A DNA stretch of 64,000 nt, from NCBI GenBank assembly GCA_036396535.1, contig DASWKR010000058.1:5411-69410 (forward strand). Direction: 5' to 3'. The stretch is from Acidimicrobiia bacterium (GTDB lineage Bacteria > Actinomycetota > Acidimicrobiia > Spongiisociales > UBA5794). Below, piece after piece: positions 41,693-53,000 of the stretch. Within the stretch, counting starts at the first letter, position 1; every line of letters starts with the position of its first letter. The position numbers and the translations under genes were made by a program. Under the pieces are notes generated by a model. That model had not been told where the DNA came from. It saw only the letters and a program-made list of their open reading frames with translations, and did not search any database.

Positions 41693-42541
41693 CTACGACT
41701 CGAGTGCCTGTGAGATGCCGTCCGCCAGGAGGTTCACCCCGACGACGAGCGACGCGATCGCCAGGGCGGGGAAGAGCACGGGCCACCACACATCACCTGT
41801 GAGATAGCCGTAGTGCTGCGAGATCGCCAGTCCCCAGTCCGGGACGGAGGGCTCGACGCCGAAGCCGAGAAACGACAGTGCCAGCACCGTGAATATGGCA
41901 TACCCGAGCCGCACCGTGAACTCGACTGTGATGACGCTGCTGACGTTCGGCAGTATCTCGACGAACAAGGTGTAGAAGACGTTCTCGCGCCGCAGTCGGG
42001 CGGCCGTCACATAGTCGAGCTGACGTTCGGCGAGCACCGCGGCCCGCACCGTCTTGGCGATGAGCGGCATGAAGACGAGCCCGATGACGATGATGACACC
42101 GAACGTGGTCGGCCCGAGCGCCGCCAGGGCAAGCATGCCCGTGATGACGAGCGGGATCGACAAGAAGGCGTCCAGGATCCTGCCGACGATGTCATCGACG
42201 ATTCCTCCGAAGTAGCCGACGACGAGCCCGACGGCCGTGCCGAGCACGGTGCCGAGCACGGTGGCCGAGAGCGACACCGTGAGCACCTGCCTCGATCCGG
42301 CCAAGACCCTCGAGAGCACGTCCCTGCCCAACTCGTCGGTGCCGAACCAGTTCGCCGCCGATGGTGGCTGGAGGCGATTCAGGACGTCCTGGGGCGTCCC
42401 CAGCGGATCGAACGGGGCGACGCTCGAGCCGAAGACGGCGAAGAAGATCCACATGACCGTTATGGTCCCCCCGACCCAGAACGTCGCCGAGCCCCGCAGC
42501 ACCTTCCACTGTTCCGACCTCGGCACCGTCTGAGTCGTCAT
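41693..42541 (-). CDS. ABC transporter permease (DppC/OppC-like)
   Basis: This polytopic membrane protein has a binding-protein-dependent transport EAA region. ATG 42541 overlaps the upstream stop (ATGA). The track's 12-aa upstream extension was rejected. Confidence 0.85.
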   Translation of the reverse strand: MTTQTVPRSEQWKVLRGSATFWVGGTITVMWIFFAVFGSSVAPFDPLGTPQDVLNRLQPPSAANWFGTDELGRDVLSRVLAGSRQVLTVSLSATVLGTVLGTAVGLVVGYFGGIVDDIVGRILDAFLSIPLVITGMLALAALGPTTFGVIIVIGLVFMPLIAKTVRAAVLAERQLDYVTAARLRRENVFYTLFVEILPNVSSVITVEFTVRLGYAIFTVLALSFLGFGVEPSVPDWGLAISQHYGYLTGDVWWPVLFPALAIASLVVGVNLLADGISQALES

Positions 42542-43491
42542 GCTTCCCCTCCGAGGCGGATGCGGGGGTTGAGCCACGAATACGCCAGGTCGGCGAGCAG
42601 CATCGCCACTTGGAAAGCGGTCGCCACGACGAGGACCCCACCGGCGAGCAGCGGGAAGTCGGCCTTCTGGGCGGCGTCGAACAGCAGCCGTCCGATGCCC
42701 TGGTAGTTGAACAGCACCTCGACGACGACAAGGCCGCCGATGAGGTAGCCGATCTGCGAGGCGATGACCGCGATCGTCGGCAGCAAGGCGTTACGCAGCA
42801 CCTCGCGCCGGATCACCTGGCGGCGGGGTAGCCCTTTGAGGATCGCGGTTCGGGTGTAGTCGGCGTCGAGTGCTTCGACGACGCCTGCTCTCGTGATCTT
42901 GGCGATGTACCCGAACAGCACGAGGACGAGCGGTATTGCCGGGAGGATGAGGTAGCGCAGCTGCGTCAGGAGCCCCGATCCTGGCGGGGCCGCCGCCGTC
43001 CCGGGTAGCCAGCCGAGCCAGATCGCGAACACGAGGATCAACACGATTCCCGAGACGAACTCCGGGATCACCGTGGCGGACAGACCACCGACCGTGATGA
43101 TCCTGTCGGTGAGCTGGCCGCGCCGCAGGGCCGCCATCACGCCACCGAGGATCGAGATCGGCACCACGATCACGAAGGCCACGGAAGCCAGCTTCGCCGA
43201 GTTGACGAGGGCCCTCCCGAGCAGCTCCGACACCGGTCGCGACAGGCTGACCGACGTGCCGAGGTCGCCGGTGACGGCGTTGGAGATCCACGACCAGTAC
43301 TGCACGTACAGGGGCTGGTCGGTGCCGAGCCGGGCGGCGAGCGCGTCGATCGCCTCCTGCGTGGCGAACGGACCGAGGATTCGACGCGCCACGTCACCTG
43401 GAAGCATCTGGGTCCCCGCGAAGACGAGGAGGCTGATCAGGACCAGCGTGATCAGAGCCAGGCCGATTCGACGAACGACGTACCTCGGCAT
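42538..43491 (-). CDS. ABC transporter permease (DppB/OppB-like)
   Basis: The 317 aa product has the typical N-terminus MPRYVVRRIGLALITLVLISLLVF and 6 TMs. Confidence 0.85.
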   Translation of the reverse strand: MPRYVVRRIGLALITLVLISLLVFAGTQMLPGDVARRILGPFATQEAIDALAARLGTDQPLYVQYWSWISNAVTGDLGTSVSLSRPVSELLGRALVNSAKLASVAFVIVVPISILGGVMAALRRGQLTDRIITVGGLSATVIPEFVSGIVLILVFAIWLGWLPGTAAAPPGSGLLTQLRYLILPAIPLVLVLFGYIAKITRAGVVEALDADYTRTAILKGLPRRQVIRREVLRNALLPTIAVIASQIGYLIGGLVVVEVLFNYQGIGRLLFDAAQKADFPLLAGGVLVVATAFQVAMLLADLAYSWLNPRIRLGGEA

Positions 43492-43554
43492 CAGGCGGAG
43501 GCAAGCCGGGTCTCGAGCTCCGCTCGAAACCCGGGCCGCCCGGCGTCGGTGGGA

Positions 43555-45342
43555 TCAGCCAGTGAACCCCGCGTTCGTGATGTCATAGTGGCCCATCCCC
43601 GTGACCTGGAGCCCTTGGAAGTTGGGCACGGTCACCGAGATGAAGTCGATGAAGTACGGCACGATGAACGGCACTTCGTCCCACAGCATCGCCTGGATCT
43701 GGCCGGCCAGCTGACGCTGGACGTCCAGATCGGGAGCCGCGGTGAAATCGGCGAACAGCTGGTCGTAGTCGCTGTTCACCCAATGCGACGCGTTCCACTG
43801 CCCATCGCTCAGGAGCGGCGCCCCCATGTACACATTGGGAACCCCTCGATGGCCGTAGTTCACGATGCCCATCGACTGCACGCCACCGGGTGTGCACGGG
43901 CCCTCGTACGGGAAGCTGCACCAGTAGTCCTGGTAGTACGTTCCGCTGTCGTAGACCCCCACCGTGAGGTCCACGTTGAGCTGAGCCGCCGACGCCTGGA
44001 CGAGCTGGGCGAGGTCCTCCATCTCGGCGAACTGGAGGGTGTCCAGTGCGGCGCTGAACCCTCCGCCCACACCAGCCGCCTCCAGCAGCGACTGCGCCGT
44101 GGCGAGGTCGGCTTCTCTCTGCGTGACCGCCGCAGGGTCGAACATCGGGAAGACCTCCCAGATGGGATGGTCGTTGCCCACGATGCCGAACCCACCGAGC
44201 AGGCCCTGGACGAGCAGCGGACGGTCGAGCATGAGTGCCATCGCCTGCCGTACCCGCTTGTCACCGAACGGCGGTTGGCTCGCATCCATGTAGATCTGGC
44301 GATGCTGAGCTGTCGGCACGCTTTGGGTGGTGGCGCCGCCCGACTCGAGGGTCTCCGCGTTCGAGAAGCTGACCCGGTAGAGCACGTCGAGGAGCCCACC
44401 CTGGAACTGGGTGATCATGGCGGACTCGTCCCCGAAGAAGGCCACTTCCATGCGATCGGGCTGGTTCGAGTTGTCACCCCAGTAGTTCGGGTTCTTGGTG
44501 TACACCGCTGAGACCCCGGGCTCGTAGCTCTCGTTCAGCCATGGGCCGGTCCCGATGAAACTCTGCTCGTAGGTACCCGCGTCGTACGTCTCCCAGAACG
44601 ATGCCGGGAGGATGACCGCGTTGTAGTTGTCGGAGCTGACGAAGAACGGGAAAGCACCGTTTGGCCTGGCAAGCGTGAACTGGACCGTGCGATCGTCCAC
44701 GACCACTGCCGCGTTCTCGGCCTCCACCCCGTACGTCTCGTAGGCCGAGCCGGCATTCCCGGTGCCGATGGGACCGTTGAACGTGGCAGCGACGTCGGCC
44801 GCCGTGAGCGGCGTGCCGTCGTGGAATGTCACCCCTTCACGGAGCGTGAACGTCCACACGTCGAGCGTGTCGTTGGACTCCCAGCTCTCGGCGAGGACGG
44901 GAACCACGTTGAGCTCGGAGTCGGAGAACGTCAGGTACTGGGCCGTCTGGCCCAGCAGCGAGAGGCCCGCTTCGTCGTTGATGAGCACCGGGTCGATACC
45001 GACAGCAGGTCCCGGGGCCACTCCGATGCGCACCGTTGCGGGACCCGCGGGCGGCGCCGTGGTTGGTGCCGCCGTGGTGCCCGGCGCCCCCGTGGTTCCG
45101 GGCGCCCCCGTCGTTCCGGGCGCCCCCGTGGTTCCGGGAGCAACGGTGGTGGTTCCTTCTCCGTCGCCTCCGCACGCCGCCGCCAAGAATCCGAGAGCAG
45201 GCAGGCTCATGCCGATGATCGTGCCCCGCCGGATGAAGTCCCGCCGGCTGATCTTGCCGGCGGAGTACTCGTCGATGATGTGATTCTCGATGTGGCTCGA
45301 ACGCCGACGGATCGCGTCGACCCGCCTCTGCTTGTCGTTCAT
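43555..45342 (-). CDS. ABC transporter substrate-binding lipoprotein, family 5 (peptide/nickel type), Tat-signal
   Basis: ATG 45342 has GGGAAGG upstream. The product begins MNDKQRRVDAIRRRSSHIENHIIDEYSAGKISRRDFIRRGTIIGMSLPALGFLAAACGG, which contains an RRDF Tat motif and a lipobox. A Gly/Thr/Ala/Pro-rich linker precedes an SBP_bac_5-like body. Confidence 0.85.
   Translation of the reverse strand: MNDKQRRVDAIRRRSSHIENHIIDEYSAGKISRRDFIRRGTIIGMSLPALGFLAAACGGDGEGTTTVAPGTTGAPGTTGAPGTTGAPGTTAAPTTAPPAGPATVRIGVAPGPAVGIDPVLINDEAGLSLLGQTAQYLTFSDSELNVVPVLAESWESNDTLDVWTFTLREGVTFHDGTPLTAADVAATFNGPIGTGNAGSAYETYGVEAENAAVVVDDRTVQFTLARPNGAFPFFVSSDNYNAVILPASFWETYDAGTYEQSFIGTGPWLNESYEPGVSAVYTKNPNYWGDNSNQPDRMEVAFFGDESAMITQFQGGLLDVLYRVSFSNAETLESGGATTQSVPTAQHRQIYMDASQPPFGDKRVRQAMALMLDRPLLVQGLLGGFGIVGNDHPIWEVFPMFDPAAVTQREADLATAQSLLEAAGVGGGFSAALDTLQFAEMEDLAQLVQASAAQLNVDLTVGVYDSGTYYQDYWCSFPYEGPCTPGGVQSMGIVNYGHRGVPNVYMGAPLLSDGQWNASHWVNSDYDQLFADFTAAPDLDVQRQLAGQIQAMLWDEVPFIVPYFIDFISVTVPNFQGLQVTGMGHYDITNAGFTG
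45060..45150. repeat. in-frame tandem 18-bp repeat (ggcgcccccgtggttccg, about 4 copies) encoding the APGTTG linker repeats of the SBP lipoprotein
   Basis: Read directly from the sequence; the protein segment is APGTTGAPGTTGAPGTTGAPGTTAAPTTAPPAG. Confidence 0.6.
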
Positions 45343-45561
45343 TGGGGGACTGCCTTCCCGGCCCACCGTCGGGGCCTGCTCGTCCACGATAGAACCGCGT
45401 CCCTGAAGGCTGCAACGGACAGGCTCTCGTTGGAAGCACCCCGACCCCATCCCGGCGGTCGCCCCGGTCCCTGACACGCCGCCAGCCGAGAGGGTGCCCG
45501 AGCATCCCGCCAGGGACCGAGCCGAGGGTTGCCCTGCGAGCCGTCTCCACTACGCGCTCGG

Positions 45562-48500
45562 TCAGAGGCCGAACTCGTCGGCGTACACGAGGCGCTGTTC
45601 CCAGACGGGGGGCGGAGCAGCGAGGCCGATGGCGCCCAGGTCCGCCGGATCACCGGGGAGCCGCTCCCATTCCTCGACGGTCACCCGCCAGTTGGCGATG
45701 TGTCCGGGGCGCCGCAGGCCGATGTTGCGAGGCGACTCGAGCGTGCCGACCCAGGCTGCCTGGGCGATGTCCGGCAGCCCCGAGCCGGCGTCCCGCCCGG
45801 TCCCACGAACCTCGAGCTGGGCCACGTCCACCGTCTCCCATCCGAGATCGGTGGGGATCTCCCGGTCACGCCGCTGCAACCTGGCGAACACCAGCCTGTT
45901 GGCGGTGATCGACTCGGCATACGCTTCGAGCGGTCCTCCTTGCACGAAGGTGCGAATGCCGACCGGTCCGCTCACCACCACCCGGACGTGGCGAACGTCC
46001 GTGCGGCTCACGCTCGTGGTGCGCTCGGCCGGGAGCTGCACGTAATCGCACAGCACCTGGGGCGAGAGGTGAAGCTCGCCGATGCTGTCCGGCTGGTAGC
46101 GGGCAACCGCCAGCCGCACGAACGGCCAGAAGGCGTTGCCGGGATCGATGGCCACGTCGACGTACCAGAGCTTTCGGGTGGCGTTGTACTTCGGCTGGTA
46201 GCCCAGCACCGTGACGGTCGAGCCGTCCGGGAGCCTCCGCATCGTCGGGGGGGTCTCGGGCCGGGCGTCCCCCGGCCGGTCGTCGAGCCCCGAGGCGTGC
46301 AGCAGGTTGTCGAGCTCCAACGACATCGCCCTCTTCTCGACCGGCGCCGAAACCCAGACAGGATCGGCGCCCCATTGGCTGACCTTGCCGTCGACGTTCC
46401 CGTCGTCCCCGAACGGCGCGATCAGCACGCCGAGCAACTCGCCCTCGCCCGACGAGTACCACGGCCGCTCCAGATAGATGCGCGCCCCCGCCCTCCGGCT
46501 CCTCCGCACCGCGACCGGCTGCTCCGGTTCGGTGCCCTCGTCCCATCGGAAGAGGGGGACGACGGAGTGGACGACCGGGGCGGCGGGCCGTGCCGAGCTC
46601 GGGATGGATCTCGTGATCTCGGGCCCGACGACGCTCTGGCCGTCGTCGTCCGGCAGGCCTTCGACGGGGTCCGACGGCTGCAGCTCGGAGGCGTCGAAGT
46701 ACTCCCGGAAGCGGGTCGCCGCCCGAAAGCGATAGCCGATGGTGTGGTGCCTGGTGTCGCCGATCGGGTGGATCGCCCGGTGCGCCCAGACGGAGCCGAA
46801 GCCCTCGACGTCGACTTCGGTGTCGGGTAGCGGCCCCCACAGGACGGAGAGGTCCTCGGCTTGGCGAACCGACGTCGTGAACGCCACGGCTCGCACCGAC
46901 ACGGTCGACGGGCCGTCGCTGGCCAAGTCGTCGATCGGGTCGGACCACCTCGCCTCCGCCGTGAGCTGCTCGGTGCTCGGACCGTGGACGTCGACCGCAC
47001 CCCAGAACCAGGCGTCCGTCGAGCCTTCCCCTCCTCGCACGACGGCGAGCTCTGTCGGACGCGGAGCCTCGAGAGGGCGAGGCACGGCATGCACCAGCGT
47101 CACCTCGTCGAAGGGGGTCAGTGCCCACAGCCAGCCGTCCACGGCCGCCTCGACGACGTCCTCGTTGTCGCGTAGGACGGGCGGCAGGATGCGCCACAGT
47201 CCGAACCGCTCCAGGTCGTCCCTGGCGAGGGACGAGGCAAGACGGAACCTCTGGACGTCTCCCGGAGGAAGCAGGAGGCGCAGGGTCGTGCCTCGCAGAC
47301 GCCCGTCGAGGATGTCTCCGCCCCCGAGGACGAGCCGGAACGGGCGGCGCCCCGGCCACCGCCCCCGGTAGCGGGCGGTGAAGCCCTCGACACCGAAGGG
47401 GAACACGATGAAGCGGTCGCCGCCCGCCTCGGGAAACACGACGGAGATCCCTCGGGCGGCAACGTCGGGGAGATATGGAACCACGGGCTCGTCGACGTCG
47501 TGGACGACGTATTGGCCCGGAGCCGGGGCCTCGCCCGGTGCCAACGGAAGGGCCTGGAGCGCCGAAGCGGGCACACCTGGGTCGTGTTCGAGCGCAATGC
47601 TCTCTTGCGGCTCGAGCACGTTCGGGTCGTCGAGGCGAGGGACGGCGACGTCGAACCACGTCCCCGCCTCGCGCACGGCAACTGCCAGCATGGCGTCGTG
47701 ACGTGCCTGGCTCGTCGAGCCGATCGCCCTGTCGAACGCTCCGAACAACTCCGCCTCGGACTGGCTCGTCTTGGGTGGTGCCAGGTGGCGTTGCGACGTG
47801 GGCCGGTAGCCGAGCACCGAGCCTGCCGCGTAGTCGTCGGGAGGCGTGACCGTGATCGCCAGGGTGTCTCTGTCCTGCTCGACCCCGGAACGGATGACGA
47901 GATGGCGCAGTGACTCACCAGCCGTGAATCGACGCCGCGCAACGACCGCCGGCGGCTGAACCGGATCCCACCGGAGGAACGGCCGCAGGGCGGTGACGAT
48001 GTCGGCGAGCTCGCCCATCGGAGGACCGTCCGGGGTGGCGATGAGGCGGGCGAGGGTGGCGGCGTCCCGGACGGCAGTCGTGACGAGGAACGGCTGCGAG
48101 TCGTCGAGGGCGACGTCCCCGAAGGCGCGACCAACGATGTCGGCACGGTCGACCGGCCGCCTCCCGGAGCGGTCCGGCCGCCGCGAGCGGAGTCTCCCGA
48201 GTACATCTTCCGGGATGTTCCCGGCGTCCCGGGCGTCGAACAAGCGCGCCCGGGTGGTCGCCGGCTCTTGACGTCTTCGCATCACCGCGGCGGCCGTCTC
48301 GGCCCGCAGCATGGCTGCCAGCCGGCTCGTCGGGCCGGCCGGGGCGGCCGGGCCGGCCGCCGCGGCCGACTCGGCCTCCGGCCCTGCAGGAGACGCCCCC
48401 AGAGGCCGGGTCCTGCTGTTGCCTGCCAGGTCGACCCCCCAGGCCCGAAAGGCGTACGAGCGGCCGTAGCGCAGTCTCGGGAGTGAGCCGGGCTCGACCT

Positions 48501-50055
48501 TGTTCTCCACGACGATGGGGGTCACATGGTCGGGATCGACGTTCGGGTCCTCGACCACCTCGTCGCCGTTCACGTGCCGGACTCGCTTGCCCGGGCGGGG
48601 TGCAGCCAGGCTCCAACCGTCCCAGCCGAAGAGCGCCTCGTGGACGTGCACCGGCCCGTCTTCGACGCCCGCAGACTCGGTCGCGGTCGTGCCTTGGATG
48701 AAGCCCTCTTCCGGGAGGTCGTCGGCGACGGTGCCGTGGCCGTCGACCTCGACGTCGATTCGTCTGGCGTGCAGGCTGAACCACCCGCCGGCGGTGTCGT
48801 CGAAGACGTCGACACGCATGCCCTGGGTCACGTCCTCCGTCGTGAGCTCCGGAGTCTTCCCCTGATCGAGCTCCTCGAGGAGGCCCTCCTGTCTCGCCAG
48901 GCGGTCCTGGGTCGCCATCCCCTTCTGGTCGCGCACCACGGTGAAGCCGATCGAGCGCAACGCCGTCGGTGCAGCGTGGACGGCGTCGCCGTTGTCCTCC
49001 ACGTGCAGCAGACGCGGGAACGACCAGAGGTAGCGATCGAGCTTCAGGGCGGTGCCGTCCGGGTCCATGTCGAGCACGTCGAAGCGGTCGGCGTCCCCGA
49101 GCCGCAATGCCCCGTCGTGCCAGGCTTCGGTGCTCGGGACCGTGACGAGGTGGTCGCCGGCCGTGGCACACAGCACGCGCCCGGTCCGGCAGGCTGCGGT
49201 ATCACCGTTGACGACGATCGACCCGGTGAGCCATTGGCTCGAGCCGAGCCGGGCCGGATCACGGACGACCAGATCGACGACCAATCCCAGGCGCCGCTGC
49301 AAGGTCGGGTGGTCCGCCGCCAGGCTGCAGCGCTCGTGGAAGTCCGGGGCAGGGCGCGGCAGCTCGTCGGCAACGGCGCCCTCCACCGGCCGCCGCTCGT
49401 AGGCCCTCGCCGACTCGGGCCGCTCGTAGAAGCGCCTGGCTCGATGGAGCTCCAGCGTGAACTGCGAGAACGGGTCCTGCTGTGACGCGATCCGCTTCTC
49501 GATCTCGGCCAGGCTCATGCCCGGCTCGCCGGTCGAACCGCTCTCTCCGAGCTGGGCGTCGAGGCTGCGTGTCATCGTGGCCTCGCTCCACTGCACGTCG
49601 TCGAACCCCCCGGAGAGGCGGCGCATCAGCGGCCCGAGCGGGTGCATGCTCGGCGCAGGAGGCGAAGTCGGCGAAGCGAATATCGCCGCCACGTGCAGGA
49701 GCTTCCCTGCGTCGTGGACCGTCCTCGCCCTGAACGTCCGCCAATGCCGATCGGACCACGCCGGGCCGCTCGGAGCGCGCACCGGCGTCGCAGGCGGGAA
49801 GGCGGCGTCCCAAGTGTCCGGCTCGATCGGATCGAGGATCGGGTCGGCTTCGACGGTGCCGGCTTGGTCGGCGAGCTCGAAGGCGGCGCCGTCGAGCAGC
49901 CCAGCCGCCCAGTGCGGGAACAGCGTGAAGGCCTTGAGGGGTCCCTCTCCCCCGTCGGGCGTGAGGGCAGGCGCCACGAACAGCGACACGTGGAAATCGT
50001 CGCCGGGGGCTCGCGAGTGCGGGAGGGCGAGCACGGTGTAGATCTCGGTTGCCAT
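45562..50055 (-). CDS. giant hypothetical protein (1497 aa), no recognisable domain; second gene of a coupled pair
   Basis: It starts at ATG 50055, 2 nt after the upstream stop (TGAccATG), with GGAG 9 nt upstream. The sequence has a natural protein-like composition (W, Y, F, K, N and I present) over 4.5 kb, unlike the antisense ORFs. There is no signal peptide, TM segment or P-loop. The track's 329-aa Arg-rich N-terminal extension overlaps the upstream gene and was rejected. Confidence 0.8.
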   Translation of the reverse strand: MATEIYTVLALPHSRAPGDDFHVSLFVAPALTPDGGEGPLKAFTLFPHWAAGLLDGAAFELADQAGTVEADPILDPIEPDTWDAAFPPATPVRAPSGPAWSDRHWRTFRARTVHDAGKLLHVAAIFASPTSPPAPSMHPLGPLMRRLSGGFDDVQWSEATMTRSLDAQLGESGSTGEPGMSLAEIEKRIASQQDPFSQFTLELHRARRFYERPESARAYERRPVEGAVADELPRPAPDFHERCSLAADHPTLQRRLGLVVDLVVRDPARLGSSQWLTGSIVVNGDTAACRTGRVLCATAGDHLVTVPSTEAWHDGALRLGDADRFDVLDMDPDGTALKLDRYLWSFPRLLHVEDNGDAVHAAPTALRSIGFTVVRDQKGMATQDRLARQEGLLEELDQGKTPELTTEDVTQGMRVDVFDDTAGGWFSLHARRIDVEVDGHGTVADDLPEEGFIQGTTATESAGVEDGPVHVHEALFGWDGWSLAAPRPGKRVRHVNGDEVVEDPNVDPDHVTPIVVENKVEPGSLPRLRYGRSYAFRAWGVDLAGNSRTRPLGASPAGPEAESAAAAGPAAPAGPTSRLAAMLRAETAAAVMRRRQEPATTRARLFDARDAGNIPEDVLGRLRSRRPDRSGRRPVDRADIVGRAFGDVALDDSQPFLVTTAVRDAATLARLIATPDGPPMGELADIVTALRPFLRWDPVQPPAVVARRRFTAGESLRHLVIRSGVEQDRDTLAITVTPPDDYAAGSVLGYRPTSQRHLAPPKTSQSEAELFGAFDRAIGSTSQARHDAMLAVAVREAGTWFDVAVPRLDDPNVLEPQESIALEHDPGVPASALQALPLAPGEAPAPGQYVVHDVDEPVVPYLPDVAARGISVVFPEAGGDRFIVFPFGVEGFTARYRGRWPGRRPFRLVLGGGDILDGRLRGTTLRLLLPPGDVQRFRLASSLARDDLERFGLWRILPPVLRDNEDVVEAAVDGWLWALTPFDEVTLVHAVPRPLEAPRPTELAVVRGGEGSTDAWFWGAVDVHGPSTEQLTAEARWSDPIDDLASDGPSTVSVRAVAFTTSVRQAEDLSVLWGPLPDTEVDVEGFGSVWAHRAIHPIGDTRHHTIGYRFRAATRFREYFDASELQPSDPVEGLPDDDGQSVVGPEITRSIPSSARPAAPVVHSVVPLFRWDEGTEPEQPVAVRRSRRAGARIYLERPWYSSGEGELLGVLIAPFGDDGNVDGKVSQWGADPVWVSAPVEKRAMSLELDNLLHASGLDDRPGDARPETPPTMRRLPDGSTVTVLGYQPKYNATRKLWYVDVAIDPGNAFWPFVRLAVARYQPDSIGELHLSPQVLCDYVQLPAERTTSVSRTDVRHVRVVVSGPVGIRTFVQGGPLEAYAESITANRLVFARLQRRDREIPTDLGWETVDVAQLEVRGTGRDAGSGLPDIAQAAWVGTLESPRNIGLRRPGHIANWRVTVEEWERLPGDPADLGAIGLAAPPPVWEQRLVYADEFGL

Positions 50056-50057
50056 GG

Positions 50058-53000
50058 TCACGCTCCAGCGAATGCGAGGCAGTACTCGGACCAGGCGGGC
50101 GACGAGCCGTCCGCCTCGAGGCCCATCACGTCGACGAAGTCGGGGTCGCCGTTCGAGCCGGCGAATCGGCGCTCGGTACGGATCGTCACGGACATCGAGA
50201 ACATGAACACCTCGACCTTGACGGTCAGCGAGGCGCTGCCGACCATCTTCCCGGTCGCGAAGTCGTAGAGCAGCTCCAGGTACAGCTCGATGGACGCCGA
50301 GATGAGGCCGAGCACGTCGACCTCGCCGCGCAGCCGGAAGTACCCGGCGAGAGAACCGCCGTCGCCTTCGAGGCGCATGTAGATGCCGAGCATCGCCGAC
50401 ACGGACCCGGAGGCGACACCGAAGTCGACGGAAAGCACCGCCCCTGCCTCGAGGCCGACCTCGAGCAGGTCGAGCCCGTCGGGGGAGAGACGGAGCATGC
50501 ACCATCCGCCGCCACCGATGAACAGCACTGCCAGGGTGAAGGGGCGCTCCCTCGTGCAGAAGTTGAAACCGACAGTGACGGCCTCTCCGAGGAACGGCAC
50601 CCTGACGTCCGCCCCGAGCGAGATGTTCGACAGGTTGAACACCCCGACGGCGACGCTCGGGAGTGCCAAGGTGAACCCGGCCGTGATGCCCTCGGCCGAC
50701 ACGTCGAGGTACGGCGGGTCGGAGAACCCGTCGAACGGGATGAGGTCCTTGAGCCTCTCGATGAAGCCGAGGATCCCGAGGAACTCGATGTCCTGGAGGA
50801 CGACGTCGACCTCCGGCTTGCCGCTCGACCCGGCGTGGAACGAGATGTGGTCGAAACGGAAGCGGACGAGCGGCTCGTCGGGGAGCAGCAGGAGCTCGAA
50901 GTCGCGCAGCTCCGCCAGCACGTCGACCTTCATCCCGTCGTTGCCCGCCGCCCTGCCCTCGACGGCGAGCACGAAGCTGTCCTTCTCCAACTGGAGGATG
51001 GGCGTGGCGTTGCTCGGCCACGACTTCATCTCCGGCTTCCACTCGAAGCGGTACGTCGCCTGGATCCCGCTGGTGGCGAACCCCTTGACGAATGCCAGAA
51101 CGTCCTCGAACAGGTCGACTGCGGTTGCCAGCTCATCCAGGACGGCCGCCATCGAGAGGAGTTGCTGGCGGACGAGGGGTGGGAGGAGCGGGGCAACGGT
51201 CTTGATCTGTGCCGCCGCGGCCGACAAGTCGGTGGTCGGCTGATCGAGAGCGTCGATCACGTCGGCGATCTCGCTCGACGCCGTGAGCGACTCGATGGCG
51301 GCGATCACCGCCCCGGCCGCTCCGGACCCCGGAGGGTTGCCGGCGACGAGCTGCTGGAGGGCCTCTACCTGGGCGCGGGCTTGCTCTGCCGCATCGACCA
51401 GCTCCTGGCCGACCCCGTCCACGACCTTCGCCTGAGCCCGCTCCACCTCGGCGATCGCCTCGTCCACGGCGTCCTGGACGACCTGCTCGAGGCGCTCGAG
51501 GTCGAGCATGAAGGACTCGATCCTGTCGAGCGCCTCGGAGACGACCGAGGGGGCGCCGTCGAGACCGACGGCCTCGAGGATGTCGGTGAGCTCGACGATG
51601 CCGAACAGCTTCGGGAGGGCGATGCTCGCCAGGATGTCGGTTGGATCGAAGGCGCCCAGCGCCGCCTGAACGGGATCGCCGATGACACCCTTGACCCGCG
51701 ACAAGCCGCCGATCTTGAGGTTCGGCTGGATGAACCCGCCGGCCTTGTCGGACCCGGCCCCGTTGCCGCCGAACGCCAGCTCCTTGCCGGCGTCCTTCAC
51801 CTCGGCCCACACCTCGCCGACGTTGCCTCCTCCGAACCCGGTGAAGGCGTCCGGGTACTTGATCGTCACGGGACCGACCGCCGAGAGTTGCTGGACGGCA
51901 GGCAGTTCGACGACGGCGTCGACGAGCTTCGGGTTGGAGCCGTGGTTCCTGGCGGCGCCTCCGAGCTGGATCTGGTTCGTCGGGACGGTCGTGTCTCCGC
52001 TCTTCGTCGGCTCGGCGTATGCGACGTCCTGTCCACTGGCGGCGACGAATCGAGCCGGGTCCGTCGCGTAGGTCCCGTCGATGTCGGCGTAGTCGTGGTA
52101 CGAGTCGGACACCCACATGAGCTGGGCGCGCAGCCGCACCTTGCGTCCTTCCCAGTCGGTGCAGTGGAGCACGAAGTGGAAGCGCTGGTTGGCGACCATC
52201 GGGAAGAAGTGCTTGTTCTGCCCCGCTCCGGGATCGGGGAACAGGGTCGGTGTGACCAGCGGGGCCAGCCGCACCTCGCGGAACGGGAACCGGGTGTCGT
52301 CGAACCGCACGACCGGCTCGTTCACGATGAGGAACTTCTTCTGGTAGAGCGCCGCCAGCGACGGGGCGGCCTTCTTCATCTTGCGCTCGGTGAGCTTGAC
52401 GAGCGTCGCCTTCGGGCCCACCGGGTACAGGTAACCCGGGTAGGTGACCCTGACGTACTGGTCGCGGCCCATCGGGGCGATGTGATCCCAGGAGAGGATG
52501 GCCGCCATCGCCGAGCTCGGGTCACCCTCCTCCCACGACGTGTACGGGTCTGTGTCCCACAGGCCGTGGACATCGAGCCAGGCGCCGAGGCTCGACACGT
52601 ACAGGGAGTTGACGTCGACGGGCTCCGGCGAGATGGGGCTGTTCTTGGAGTCGAGCCATGTCTCGGCGCTCTGCCTCACGAGGATGTGCCTGTCGTCGGG
52701 GTCGAGCGACATCCGGAACGGGAAGTTGGCGTGGACCGCGTCGCGGCGTTGCTCCCAGTCCGGCATCGCCTCGCGGTCCCTCGCCCAGATCGCTCGAATG
52801 ATGCGCTGCCCGGCGGCACCCTCGTCGACGGCGCCGGTGGCGCCGTCCTCTCGCACTCCGAGCCGGCTGTGCCACAGCTCGACGCGGTGCGGCGAGTCGG
52901 GGTCGCGGACCGGACCGGTCGAGTGTGCCCATCCTCCCTGCTCGCTCGGCGAGATCTGGAGGCGGAACGGCGCCTCGATGGCCGTCTCCAGGGGCTCGGG

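Noticed and set aside
45529-49485. Several 300-430-aa plus-strand ORFs opposite giant gene A
   Set aside because: Their composition is antisense-type junk. They are mutually overlapping and have no start-site support.
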